NCBI GenBank assembly: GCA_000002445.1
Contig: CM000207.1
Coordinates: forward strand, 1,568,001 to 1,632,000
DNA from: Trypanosoma brucei
Taxonomy: Eukaryota
DNA: 64,000 nucleotides
Reading direction: 5' to 3'
Shown here: piece by piece, positions 33,762 to 45,268 of the stretch
How positions within the stretch are numbered: position 1 is the stretch's first letter
Layout: each line of letters starts with the position of its first letter
Made by a program: the position numbers and the translations under genes
Notes under the pieces: model-generated
Seen by the model: the letters and a program-made list of their open reading frames with translations, nothing else
Database searches by the model: none
What the model was told of the DNA's origin: nothing

Positions 33762-34420
33762 GCGTCTTCACAAAGAGTGATAAGATAAAATAAAAAAAAT
33801 AAAACAAAATGGAAACAAAACGTACATTTTTACAATTCATTTATTGACCTATTTTACGAGCATATATTTAGCATAATCAAACTTCCCACCTTATTTCCCC
33901 CCCTTTCCCGCAAGTGCGCACTTAATCGCATCTGCAGACACCACATCCCACAAACTTCCCTTTTCCGCTTCTTTCTTTTTTTTTTTCACTCTTACCTTCA
34001 ACCTACTGTCACATGACCAAAAGTTACGTACTGATATAAGTCCCGTAAATTTACAATATTTCCTTTTTGAAGCCTGTTGTGTGTTGAAGCAGGTTTCGCA
34101 CAAGAAGATGGTGATAATCGTGAATGTTGACGGCTCCGTTTTCCTTTAAGGGGTGATAACGCGAATGACAACAACGGAGAAAGAAAGGGAGAGCACTGCG
34201 GAGTCATTTTTAAGAAAGTAAGTGATTGTATATTTTAAATTGATGGAAAGCAGGAATCAAAAAGAGGGGAAAGAGTCAAAAGGGGATAAACTTGAGGATC
34301 TGGAAAAGCATGAAATTTCTTCATACAAACAGTTGCATGTCATTTTTCCTTTTTTTTTTTTTATGGCGTTTCCGGCATCCCCCCCTCCCCCACACCCGCC
34401 TCGTGTAGCGGTAACAGCAA

Positions 34421-37400
34421 CTACCTCGAAGAATAAGAATAACCGCTGGTACCCGTCTGCAATCTTCTCAACGTGCCGCGTAAGGCGTTTATTTCCTCTA
34501 CTTTTGCCTGCAGGTCCCTGCGCAACTCATCAATTCCGCTCTTACGTTCGTGTCGGTTAGCATATATTTTTTCCATTTCGTAAAAGTTACATTCTTCTAG
34601 ACGCCTTGCAATCTCTTCCGTCGTTATAGATGGGTCATGCCTCAAGTCAAACGTCACATGAAGCTCAACACCATCATCGCGGTAGTCAACATCCAATACA
34701 TAATCCTCAGGTAAGTGGCAAGCAGCTGCTACGTCATGCACGATGGCGTTCACGAGAGCTTCCGGTGTGTTGGCCGCCACTAAACCCCAGTCGTCTCCAG
34801 GGAACTTTTTAGAGTGAAATGTCGTGTGTTGCGAACTTGTTGTCCGCGGGCGCCAGCGCTCGTCATGTAGCAATGCATCTTCCAGAGCATCAGCAGCAGT
34901 CTTCAGACACATTTCAAGCATCCTCGCCTCTGATGCGTGCATATCGCGGTCTGCCTCCAGAGTGGCTCGATTGGCCTTAAGTTGCTCTATATAAGTACAG
35001 AGAGCAGTGAAAACGCCACCAGAGTGGTCAACACCCTCTTCCTCTAACAAGTTAATCAACCACTGATCCTGTACTGTGTTCGCAGAGTTGAACGTTTCGG
35101 CCACTTCGGTAGTTTGTTGCTCATCGTCGCCATCCATGAAGTCCATACCAGACTTTTTACTGTTGGGCCTCCGCGCACCGTGAACATCTGCGTCCTTGTT
35201 GCCATCGGTTGCTCGCTTCAGTGCTTTTGTTAGTGCCTCCACTTCGGCTTGCAGTACTTGTACCTCCTCATCCAGCTCCGTGCGTTGATTGGTCACCTGC
35301 TCCAAGTCCAGGAGAAGGGTTTCCTCCTTTTTCTCCAACTCCCGACACTTTTGTTGCTCACGCGTGAGCAGCTCTTGGATTAGTTCACGGTCGTACATTG
35401 CCTCAACCAAACGATCTTTAATCAGAATTACATCGTTGTCACCCACGTCATCCACGACATTCTTCAAACGCTCTAAGGCGTGAGTTTGAGCATGAGCATC
35501 CCTCCTCGTGGTTATGCGAGATGTTCGATGCTCCGTGCACTCATCACTCCGCTCAGAAAAGAGGTGTGTGCTCGGTAGTCGCGAGGCGCCAAGTTCCATC
35601 ATCGCCTGCTCTACATCTAGTAAGCATGAGTGAAGGTCTTCCTTTTCAACGTATTGCTGGTGCTTCAAGGGTCCTTCCTGAGTCCGACTCAAGCACTCTC
35701 GAAGGATAGAAAGCGCCCTCTGTTGGCAACCCTCTAAGTTTGAGACTTCACGCTGGAGGGCAATGGTTTCCTTGACGTATTCCGCTTTTAATTCGTTTAG
35801 AGCCATATCATTTGAGCTTCGTGTCTCCCGCAGCTGCAACATGAACCGCTCCTGTATTTCTATTGTGCCGAGGCGCATACGGTTTACCTCTTCGTCCTGC
35901 AGTAGGCAAAGTATGCGGAAGTTCAGTCCACAACCCCGATTTACCCTCCTTTCGCTGTCTTCATCTGATCTACTCCTCACATGTTTCTTAAGACTCTTCG
36001 TCTCTTCCTCAGTCTTGCCCCACACATCCCGAAGTTCATCCTCCTTTTCTCTGAGATGGCCCTCCAGCTCATTGATGCGCTTCATAGCTCTCGACAGCTT
36101 CCTCTCGGAGTCGGCTGACTTCGAGGAAATGTTATTTGGGCGATCCCTGAGGCTGGTGGTGTCGCGGTGCATGATCTTCCAACGTTCGGCTGTAAACATC
36201 TGGTGAAGGTCGAAGAGTGATCCCAACTCCCGTGCAACCAGACGCAAACGCTCAATCGACTGATTGCAGAATATATGTGTTAAGCCAGTTGGTGCGGTAG
36301 AGACATAGGACTCAGTGACGTGTCGATCCCCAGCAACACGAGTTGCGACATTTGACCCGCGAGGAGTGCCCCGAAGCTGCTTCGACGCTGCACTCCGGAT
36401 TTGCGCAATACTATCCCGCTTAAGAATCATCTCCCTTGACTTCAAGGGGCCTGTAAGTGGTATCAGTTTGCAGAAGATAGACATTTGGAGTACCACTACT
36501 TTTTCGTCTGTGCGCACGAAGGATATTTCTCCTGATTCACTAAAGCTCCGAACAGTCATTTTAACACTGTCTTCACCATCTCTCCCCGAAAAGGGCCTCA
36601 CCCTCGTACTTGAGTTTCCACTCCGGAGCGAAGCAGAAAATTTGCTGCCCTGTGCGCCCATTGTGTCCGACAACTGGTCGTCGATCATCCGGAGGGAGGC
36701 ACGAGCCTTGTAGAGATAAACTTCGCTTGTCACCCACTTTTGAAGGAGCCCAGCGAGACGATTGTTGGCACTCACCACTGTGAAGTCAAAGAGGCGATCG
36801 CTCAAATATTTTTCATTTAGAGCATCAGCCAGTGCGTCATCCATGCGAACGGCATTTGGATCTGAGAGAAGGTCTGTAAATGCGCTAGAAGCCATGAACC
36901 GCTTCATCTGATCCCATTCATCGCTTTCAGATGAGGCCACCAGCTCAATGCACAAGAGTTCAAAAACTGCTCTCACTGCGCGCAACACAGCCTTTGGGGC
37001 CTCCTTCAGTCTCATCAACTCTTTCCACGATTCACGACTTATGTTTCGTATATCTTTCCTAATCCCCTCAACGATATTTTCTCTGCGCATAACATCATGC
37101 ACATACAATTCACGCGATATCCTCTCTCGTCTTTCCTGGGCTGTCTCCACCACCCTTTCCTCCCGCTCAGGCACATCATCCTTTGAATTCCAAACAACCT
37201 TCCAGCACAACAGTGATACGAGTCCGGGATCCGTTACAGCTGGGCTGCTGCCAACACCATCAGCGGTGGCACCATCGGAAACAACCGTGCCAATAGCCCA
37301 CATCCATTTCCCCTTGGAAACAAATTGGAAAGCCACAATACTACCCTCGGCGATATGTGTTTTTTCATCAACCGTCTCCACATAAACAGAGGTATACTCC

Positions 37401-37552
37401 TTTTTATCATCCGCCCGATGTCGACCGGGAACACGAGGTGAAACAATGCCGCGAGCTGCCCTTCGATCGGAACCACGAGGTGTAGCAGTCCCGGATAAAC
37501 CTTGAGACACTTCGAGGAGGCTCTCCTTATCCTTGCCACCACGTCGGCTCAT
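34421..37552 (-). CDS. Large coiled-coil hypothetical protein (~1040 aa)
   Basis: Long minus-strand ORF. ORF-track start 37639 is GTG. ATG at 37550-37552 (MSRRGGKDKESLLE). Extensive heptad-like charged regions. No enzymatic motif seen. Confidence 0.5.
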   Translation of the reverse strand: MSRRGGKDKESLLEVSQGLSGTATPRGSDRRAARGIVSPRVPGRHRADDKKEYTSVYVETVDEKTHIAEGSIVAFQFVSKGKWMWAIGTVVSDGATADGVGSSPAVTDPGLVSLLCWKVVWNSKDDVPEREERVVETAQERRERISRELYVHDVMRRENIVEGIRKDIRNISRESWKELMRLKEAPKAVLRAVRAVFELLCIELVASSESDEWDQMKRFMASSAFTDLLSDPNAVRMDDALADALNEKYLSDRLFDFTVVSANNRLAGLLQKWVTSEVYLYKARASLRMIDDQLSDTMGAQGSKFSASLRSGNSSTRVRPFSGRDGEDSVKMTVRSFSESGEISFVRTDEKVVVLQMSIFCKLIPLTGPLKSREMILKRDSIAQIRSAASKQLRGTPRGSNVATRVAGDRHVTESYVSTAPTGLTHIFCNQSIERLRLVARELGSLFDLHQMFTAERWKIMHRDTTSLRDRPNNISSKSADSERKLSRAMKRINELEGHLREKEDELRDVWGKTEEETKSLKKHVRSRSDEDSERRVNRGCGLNFRILCLLQDEEVNRMRLGTIEIQERFMLQLRETRSSNDMALNELKAEYVKETIALQREVSNLEGCQQRALSILRECLSRTQEGPLKHQQYVEKEDLHSCLLDVEQAMMELGASRLPSTHLFSERSDECTEHRTSRITTRRDAHAQTHALERLKNVVDDVGDNDVILIKDRLVEAMYDRELIQELLTREQQKCRELEKKEETLLLDLEQVTNQRTELDEEVQVLQAEVEALTKALKRATDGNKDADVHGARRPNSKKSGMDFMDGDDEQQTTEVAETFNSANTVQDQWLINLLEEEGVDHSGGVFTALCTYIEQLKANRATLEADRDMHASEARMLEMCLKTAADALEDALLHDERWRPRTTSSQHTTFHSKKFPGDDWGLVAANTPEALVNAIVHDVAAACHLPEDYVLDVDYRDDGVELHVTFDLRHDPSITTEEIARRLEECNFYEMEKIYANRHERKSGIDELRRDLQAKVEEINALRGTLRRLQTGTSGYSYSSR

Positions 37553-38943
37553 CTCAATCAAGCGCTCGAATCTTTTGGTACGATTTCTCTTTCTTGCCTT
37601 TTTTTTTTCTTCTTCCCCCTTGTTTTTGTATTCCTTCACTTAAAACTCCAGGGGGTTCCTATTACACGCTGAGATTTGCCTTTACTACGGTTTGAATGTT
37701 ATATCAAACTTTTCCGCACCCGGTTACACAAAACGCGTACGACGCGTCTCTCTGCAGGGTCATCATCAAGTAGGTAATGCACCAAAAGAAAGAATGTGGG
37801 TAGAAGAAGGGGGGAAGGCAAAAGAAGAGAAAGTAAATAAATAAAAAAGAGTGAAACAAAAAAAAAAAAAGAAAACTGAACCGTCGTTACCCACCAGTAT
37901 ATGGATAAACAAACATACTTTCCCCACACCATTGTTCACACATCCCCCTTTTCCATATCAAAGTAGACACGATTTGGTATCCAAGTTTGTCTGATTCTTT
38001 CCTCAAGTATTTTCCTCCATGAGGCTACACCAACCCCGTACAATGCACGCGACAGAGGTAGCGGTGTACATTTTCCCACAACTCTTGCATACGTAAGGTT
38101 TTAAATGTGTAGCAAAACCCCCGTTTTCATGGTGACATGCAACCCACCAACTTCCTGCACTGCTGTATGAACAACCTCCGGCGGCTCTTTTTATTTCCAC
38201 CTTAAAAACCTAAGGTCCAAATACCGTGGATTTCATTGTTCATCCCTGCCGCCGCTATAGTTCTAAGTGCATGCACATGACGCTCATCCACCAAAGGAAG
38301 AAGAGGAGGAAAAAATGTTTTGTTACACCCCATCATAAATTCCACCTTTACGCAGGAAACAGAGTTCATAGTCGAGCAGGGGGTGGCGAAAGAATAATAA
38401 CGCCTCAGAGCACTACGTTTCAATTAAAAAAAAAAAACGTAAGTCTCCCCACCATTCTTCTTTTTTTTTTTAATGTATTTCCTTGTTTTTTTTTCTGTCT
38501 TTGTGCCTGATCCCCCCACACTCTTTACAGCTTCACACCCAAAACCGAGGTCCCCGCCGACGCAGCGGAGGGACCGACGCCTGCTCTATCAAAGGTTCTA
38601 TGGATAAATCGACGTTGTGGCGACATGCAACTACAAAAAAAAGCTCCGACAGCAACGTCTTGCCGAATATATAAGATAAAATATGCAAACACATTCGTGT
38701 ATATATGTATGAAAAATGAATACAACGAGTAAGTGAAGGTTATCAACACACACATACATGCCGCACCGGTAACGGGAGACACGTGTAATAAGCACAACAT
38801 GAAGTGGAACTTCTCCACATCTGTAGACATACAATCAATTCTGCGCCCGGTTTTTGGCTCCAACAGCACGTGGACGGTAACAACAACAACAACAGGACTT
38901 GTTGGAATTATTCCTCTTCGCAAAGGTTTCGTCCATCATGTTA

Positions 38944-41124
38944 TTAGAAGTATGAGCTCCTCACATTGTCAATCGGAACATTATATTCATTTCTAACAGT
39001 GGGAGCGTCGTTTACACCAGTTTTGTGTGTATCGTCGCTGAAGAAACTTTTGGTGGCAAACGGTTGCATGGTGCTGCTCGACATCCCATTAGCCACCTTG
39101 GAGTCCAAAGGAGCCCGAGCCAGTTGCCCATTTGACCGTTTATGTTCCGCTTTGTTTTGCTCCGACAGCACTGCACTAACTGAACTTCCTGCCAACAATG
39201 TTGAGTTTGACGAGGTGCCGTTGGCCGTACCATTACCAAATGACTTCACTGATTGCTGTGCTTCGAACTGTTTTTCTACCTCGCCTAACCTGCCGTCAGG
39301 TTTGCGTTCCTCTCCATAGCCGCTAGGGCCCTTGGTGGCATTCATTGACAAAACTCCGTCGTTGTTTTCAACAATACCGCGTGATGCGTGGGCATTAAAT
39401 TGCCGATATGTTGTGCTCGCATTCTTGTTCAGCTCCTTATACACACCAAAGGAGGGAGGTGCATAATTACCATTAAACCCTGCCGCCATGGGGTCACCCG
39501 TACGGACATCATTACTACCGTTACTAAGGGAAGGAATTAAACCAGAGTTCCAACGCCTTCCACTAATACTCGTGCCGCGCTGGAGAGAAATGAGGGCATC
39601 GTTTGCGCACCTCAGCTCATTTGCTAGCTTACTGCGAGCGTCGTCTGTTTTCTCCAACTGATCTCGCAGTTCGGTAACCTTGCTTTGAAGCGCCTGGAGT
39701 TTTTCAGTGGAAGATGATAACTCACCCCTCAGTTGCATAATAGTGTTTTCCTTCTCTTGAATCAGACCATCCTGGCTATGAATCTGGCTTCGCATCATAC
39801 GACTCCTGGTCTTTAACGATTTAATGTTTTTTAGTTGTGTGGAGATGATATGATGCGCCTTCGATAATGAAGCCTCCTCCTTTGCTTTCTGCTCCGTCAA
39901 CTGCTCATTTTGTGACGCCAAGATACGGACGTAATTGTCCTGCTTTTTATATTGATCACGGAGCATCTTATGTTCCTTTTCTCTTGATTCAAGTACGTGC
40001 TCCAGACCCCGTAACCGCTCCTGCAGCTTGACGCAATTCAATTCATTCTCGGAGAGTGAACTGGTTGCTTGCGAGCGGAAAGCTTGAAGTTCACCGTTTG
40101 CGGATCGCAGTTCCTCCAGATCCTTCGCCTGGACCTTACGTGTATCTTCGCTAACGCGCAACTCTGACCGCATTTTGATGACTTCCGAATCCAACGATGC
40201 TATGCGTTTTCGTGCCTCGTTAAGCTCCATCTCCTTCACTTGCAATTCCTCCCGCAGCCGCTTTTGCGTCTCTTCCGCGCGTTGTGCTGTGTGCCGTAGA
40301 TCGGCTTCCAGTGTGGCGCGCAACTGAGACAGTTGACTGGCATGTTCTTCCCGTAGCTGACCAATACTTGTTAGTTGATTTCTTTTGCATTCACTCGTGG
40401 TCGAATCCAATCTATCACGTAAGGCAGTGGAGGTTTCCTCCAAGGTGGCCACTTCCCTTTTTAACGCTTCTATGTTTGCTGCAGCTTCTGTAGCTTCTTT
40501 ACGATGTTCCTCAATTGCTGTGGTGTAAGCGCGCTCAAAGTGGCGGAATCGTTCCGCAAGGTACCGTTTCTGACCACTATCACCCTGGCGCAGAAGTATC
40601 AGCGAAATATGCTCCACCGTCCGAAACTCCGTGCGCTCCAATACGCGAAGTGTTCCACGCGTCGTATCCCTGTTGTCCACAACAAACGACACAACGTACG
40701 GTACAATTCCACTGCAAACATTATCCAACATGGTTACGAGATATTTTGGGAAACCACTGAAGTCGACGAGTAGTTCCAACTTTTGTTTAAAGACTCCATA
40801 ATCATCCTCGAGTAGGTCCAGTTCAAAAAGGAAAAATGGGTCGCCAGGATCCGTTAGTCGCATGCACACACGCCGTGACAGTCCATTACTGCCACCTTTC
40901 CCAGTTTGAATGGAAACTCCCAAATCGCGGCAAACTTCCTCACGATCCTCCAATTTAGCATGTACCGGAAGCAGAACCTCCAGTAGAGCAGTTTTGTCGG
41001 AGCTGCAACCCGTCAACGTATGAGTCGGTTCATTAAGGGCAGAAAATTCTGGATTCAAACTACGGTTGGGGTCACGCCATGATGTCACGTCGCGTAGGGC
41101 ACTTGTGTCTACGCTACGACTCAT
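38944..41124 (-). CDS. SAS6: SAS-6 centriole/basal-body cartwheel protein homologue (N-terminal head with PISA motif + long coiled coil + Ser/Asn-rich tail)
   Basis: 726 aa. RLTDPGDPFFLFELDLLEDDYGVFKQKLELLVDFSGFPKYLVTMLD matches the SAS-6 PISA motif. About 330 aa of coiled coil follow. ATG at 41122-41124. Confidence 0.7.
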   Translation of the reverse strand: MSRSVDTSALRDVTSWRDPNRSLNPEFSALNEPTHTLTGCSSDKTALLEVLLPVHAKLEDREEVCRDLGVSIQTGKGGSNGLSRRVCMRLTDPGDPFFLFELDLLEDDYGVFKQKLELLVDFSGFPKYLVTMLDNVCSGIVPYVVSFVVDNRDTTRGTLRVLERTEFRTVEHISLILLRQGDSGQKRYLAERFRHFERAYTTAIEEHRKEATEAAANIEALKREVATLEETSTALRDRLDSTTSECKRNQLTSIGQLREEHASQLSQLRATLEADLRHTAQRAEETQKRLREELQVKEMELNEARKRIASLDSEVIKMRSELRVSEDTRKVQAKDLEELRSANGELQAFRSQATSSLSENELNCVKLQERLRGLEHVLESREKEHKMLRDQYKKQDNYVRILASQNEQLTEQKAKEEASLSKAHHIISTQLKNIKSLKTRSRMMRSQIHSQDGLIQEKENTIMQLRGELSSSTEKLQALQSKVTELRDQLEKTDDARSKLANELRCANDALISLQRGTSISGRRWNSGLIPSLSNGSNDVRTGDPMAAGFNGNYAPPSFGVYKELNKNASTTYRQFNAHASRGIVENNDGVLSMNATKGPSGYGEERKPDGRLGEVEKQFEAQQSVKSFGNGTANGTSSNSTLLAGSSVSAVLSEQNKAEHKRSNGQLARAPLDSKVANGMSSSTMQPFATKSFFSDDTHKTGVNDAPTVRNEYNVPIDNVRSSYF

Positions 41125-42106
41125 GTTAATAATAATGTGCTTATTTGACTAAATGACACACACACACACACAAAAATAAAATTAAAAAAATGAAGTCTGC
41201 GCCAACTAAGAACGGAGGAAAATATAATCCTACACGCCCTTGTGTACGCAAGGAGGGGTGGGACGGTAAGGGCCACGGTAAAGACGTTCTCTTCCCCTCC
41301 ACGGTTGTGGCAAAACTATATTTCAAATATTTTTTTTTAAAAAAAAGGAAGGAAAAATAGGAATTAGCAAATGAATTAGAAGTGCAGCAATGATATGAAT
41401 CATAGGGGGGGGGGGGAAACAGAACCCTTTTCCACCCTTCTTACATCTTTTTTGTTTTTGTTGTTGTTGTTTTTTCATGGTATGAGGTGGGAGAAAGGTT
41501 ATATGTTTATTTATTTATTTTTGGCTTATAAGAAATGTTCTGGCAACACGATTTCAGATGGGGCCTGTCATTTGAAACTCGGCGTACTCGGACACAGCTG
41601 CAAGTGCGCTGTCATTATCGTCGTGCTTCGCTAAGATGAAAAATATTTCTTAATTCGTTTCATTACTTGTTATATTATCCTTCTCACACACGCCGCAGAT
41701 GCCTACAGTGCTCCAACATTCCCACAGTTAGAACACGGAATGGACAATAAAAAGGATAAATGCATACAAAAATTGAAGAGGGAAAATGCAGGTGGGGTGG
41801 AATGTGTTGCGTGAGGAAGCGGCCAAAAAAAAAAACAGAAAGAAGAATGGAGGAGGAGGAAAAGGATGTAAGAAGGGCTAAGGAGGTGATAAATTTACCA
41901 GCAAAGAACGAACAAATCAATTCAGTGATAATTTTCACTTTCTTCTTCCATCCATATTTTCCGCTTCCTCACGCAATACGCCCCACTCCACATTAAAACA
42001 TCACCTGCTTTTTCCAACCCCTTCGCCCCCTCCCCACCAAAAAAAAAAAACGAAAAAAAAGTGAGAACTTTAAACCTCGTCCTTCTGTTCCTCACTACAG
42101 ATGCAT

Positions 42107-42146
42107 AAAAACACAAACACAAACACAAACACGCAAACGCACACAG
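42107..42146. repeat. (AAACAC)n-like hexamer repeat
   Basis: aaaaacacaaacacaaacacaaacacgcaaacgcacacag. Confidence 0.8.
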
Positions 42147-42601
42147 AGACATACATACGCATGTTTATAAGAATGATAATGTGTGCTACGTCTAAGAAGA
42201 TATGGCATGAATGTGACATCTAATCCTATAAGCGTGAACCAATAACCAAAAAAAAACACTCCATCAATATTCCTCTTCCTACTCCTCCGCGTAAACCCAA
42301 CAAAAAAAGGGTAGATCAAAAAATAATAATAATAATAATATGAGAAGTCGAATCTCGTGGCATACTTTAACTCTTCCTTCGATATATTCGTCAACCGATA
42401 AACACCAGAGTATCATAACATCATCATCCACATTCCGCCATCCAAAACCAGAACAAGAGCCCAAAATGTAAAAAAAATGTGAAAAATGCGAGAAAAATAT
42501 TTGATTTTTTTTTTTCTTCCCCCCCCCTCTCTCTCTCCTATTCGCCTTCTTCAAGTTCTTTCCCCAAACTTTCCCCCTTTCTATTTTTTTTTTCACAACT
42601 C

Positions 42602-43108
42602 TTAGTTGGAAGTACGGCTTTCATGTAAGAAACGGCGACGGAGTGCGGTGTCTCGCTGCTGCCTGGAGCTCGCTTCATTCAAACCTTCTTCACTAGCAAC
42701 CTCTTCAGCAGCTGAAAAGGCACTATGGCGACCCTTTTGAATGCGCTCGTTAAATGCCTTTCGTGCGGGAGCTCCAGATACCCGATCCGCCACATAATCT
42801 ATAGGCGTTTCGTAAAATGTGCCTTCACTCAGCACCATGGCTAAGTAAAAGAATATAATGGCATTGCGCGCAAGTGTCAGGTGTGATGACTTCACTTCCG
42901 GGTTCTGCCGCCACTTTCGGCGAAACCATGAAATAATGGGGAGTTGAAATGAGGTAGGCATCCAGTGTTCGGCTGTGTCGTGAAGCAAAACGGCAATGGG
43001 AATGCCCACAGCCACAGCGGTCACTACAGTCCGGCTGCGCACAAGCGGGATGTGAAAGTTTTCGGCGCAGTGCACCATAGAACTCACACTGTGTGCAAGG
43101 CTATCCAT
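42602..43108 (-). CDS. Hypothetical small membrane protein (2 TM)
   Basis: 168 aa. ATG at 43106-43108. Hydrophobic TVVTAVAVGIPIAVLL and IIFFYLAMVL. No family recognised. Confidence 0.35.
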   Translation of the reverse strand: MDSLAHSVSSMVHCAENFHIPLVRSRTVVTAVAVGIPIAVLLHDTAEHWMPTSFQLPIISWFRRKWRQNPEVKSSHLTLARNAIIFFYLAMVLSEGTFYETPIDYVADRVSGAPARKAFNERIQKGRHSAFSAAEEVASEEGLNEASSRQQRDTALRRRFLHESRTSN

Positions 43109-43881
43109 ATTGCCTTATTTCTTTTGTATATTAATTTTATTTACCCCTTATTTTTCTTCTCTTCTTTTTTCAAAAAAAAAACCTTCAATAGCACGCACAC
43201 CACTGCAACTTCATTTAATCACAGAAAGAGATGGAGGAAGAAATAGATGTGCATAGTCGCATTTGCACGCGTGAGTAGTGAGACGTAAGCGCTAAACGCT
43301 TGGTATATTAACACCCTTCCACTGGTTAACTTTAAGTTGTCAAACATTAACGTAGCACGTCAATATACTTTCCCTCCTTGCTGGCCCTATGCACTCCCAC
43401 ACTCCCACTTCCCTTTCCTTTGCTTTTCTCTTCTTTTTCGCTCGTCTTACCGGACCTTTTGTTTCACTCCTCGTGTCACATTTTTCCTCTCAATTCTTAC
43501 ACTAAAGATTAGTTCCTAGACTTTTCCCCCCTCACGCTAACTGAGGTACTTCCTCTTTTTATCCCGAAAATGTTAAAGCAACAGTACACAAACACCTTTC
43601 AGCGAGTCATGTCCCTTCCAACTTCCCATAGCCACACTTACACGCATAAGCACCACAAAATTCCCTCATGAATGGTAAGTTGGTGTAGACACTTCAAGGT
43701 ATGGAAAATAGACATACAGAACAGAAAAAAATATATAATACGAGGACAGACACTAACAATGCACCGCTTTCTTACAAATGCATACAGTACTATTCTGTTC
43801 ACCACGTGTCGCAGACGGATTTAATAACGAAACACTAGGCACAAGCAGCCGCTCAACACCAAAAACCAAGGGGCAAAATTT

Positions 43882-44847
43882 TTATTTCTGAGCGGCACCC
43901 TCTCCTTTGCCTTGTCGAGCGCAATCATCGCACACCTTAACAGCCTCTGTAAATCCAACGGATGGGATGGTTGCCAGAGCTCCACTGCATTTGGCACACA
44001 CCAGCCGACCACAGTTACGGCAGTGATGCCGAGAGAAGCGCCCAATCGACCCACGGCAAACCATACAAGTGGTGGTAGAGTCATCCGGCTGCCAAACTTT
44101 TACGCGTCGCTGCTTCTGACGGAAACAAACCGTGCATTCCCACAAGGACGGTGGCAAACTAAACTTTGTACCACATTCAGGGCATTTGGGAGCATATATG
44201 CGGTTAAACAAGTCTTTGTTCACCTGTGAAGGGCCCTTCGCAGTGTGTTGAACCTTCTTTTGTTCTATAGTTTGTTTCACCTCACAAAACTCCAACGGAT
44301 GGGAGGCAACATATTCTTCCCAAGCTGCCTTCTGCGATTTTCGTTCCTCTTTGCGTCTTGCTTCTTCTGCAGCCAATGCCTCCTCCTCTGCCCGAAGTTG
44401 CCGTTCCCGCTCCCGTGCCTCACGACGGAGTCGGCGCCTCTCTTCCTTTTGTCTCCTTTCCTCTTCCCTAGCGAGTGCTGCCGCCTCCTCTGCAGCTTCC
44501 TGCTCTGCTAGCGCTGCGGCTTCTTCAGCTGCTAACTCTTCCTCTCGTCTCTTGCGGCGTTCCTCTCGGCGCCGCTCCCGTTCCTCTTCCTCTTCCCGTT
44601 GCCGCCTTTCCTCTTCTTCCTGTTGTCGCCTCTCCTCTTCTGCCTCCTGCTGCCGACGGAGTTCCTCCTCCTCCTCACGTTCCCGTTGCTGACGTAACAA
44701 CTCGGCTTTACGTCGCTCCGATCGTTCCCTGCGTTCCTGAAGGGCAGCACGAAGTTCACCCCAAATTTTCTCCGCATGATGGTCAGTGGCCATTTCGCTG
44801 TATATTTTTGCCATGTCCATTACTGAGACATGCTCGAGAAGGGCCAT
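43882..44847 (-). CDS. FYVE zinc-finger protein with Glu/Arg-rich coiled coil
   Basis: C-terminal FYVE signature (W...CMVC...RHHCRNCGRLVCAKC...VCDDC) preceded by a C4 module (CPECG...CTVC). The central ~120 aa is almost pure E/R/Q. ORF-track start 44883 is TTG; the first ATG is at 44845-44847. Confidence 0.75.
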   Translation of the reverse strand: MALLEHVSVMDMAKIYSEMATDHHAEKIWGELRAALQERRERSERRKAELLRQQREREEEEELRRQQEAEEERRQQEEEERRQREEEEERERRREERRKRREEELAAEEAAALAEQEAAEEAAALAREEERRQKEERRRLRREARERERQLRAEEEALAAEEARRKEERKSQKAAWEEYVASHPLEFCEVKQTIEQKKVQHTAKGPSQVNKDLFNRIYAPKCPECGTKFSLPPSLWECTVCFRQKQRRVKVWQPDDSTTTCMVCRGSIGRFSRHHCRNCGRLVCAKCSGALATIPSVGFTEAVKVCDDCARQGKGEGAAQK

Positions 44848-45268
44848 CTCATCCTCGGAGATATTCCCCTTCAGCGCCTTCAACAGGCGCTGAACGGGTT
44901 CTCCGAGATCCTCAAACCGGATAGTGCCTTTGGTGGACAGTGCGCCTGGTGGTATGAACTACCTTGTGAAAAGATACGGAGAATGAAGGCTGAAAGCAAT
45001 GAAACAGTTCACAATGAACAGGTGAAATAAGGAAGCGGACAAGCAATAATACACACACATATGTATTTATTTATTTTTTTTAGAAACTGGTAGTGAAGGG
45101 TAAACAGGTGTTACAGGGGGTCATATTCATTTTTTAAAAAAAAGTACACACAGAGGGAACAAACGCCATGATGTACACGTAGATCATAAGACCCTTCTGC
45201 CTCCTCTCCCCCTTTCTATTCCCCTTGGGTTCGCGAGCGTAAGAGTTACAACTTATTGTGGGACAAAC

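Noticed and set aside
41401-41412. G10 homopolymer run as a G-quadruplex or regulatory element
   Set aside because: Single isolated G-run without further G-tracts nearby. Most likely a simple homopolymer in a UTR, or a sequencing artefact.
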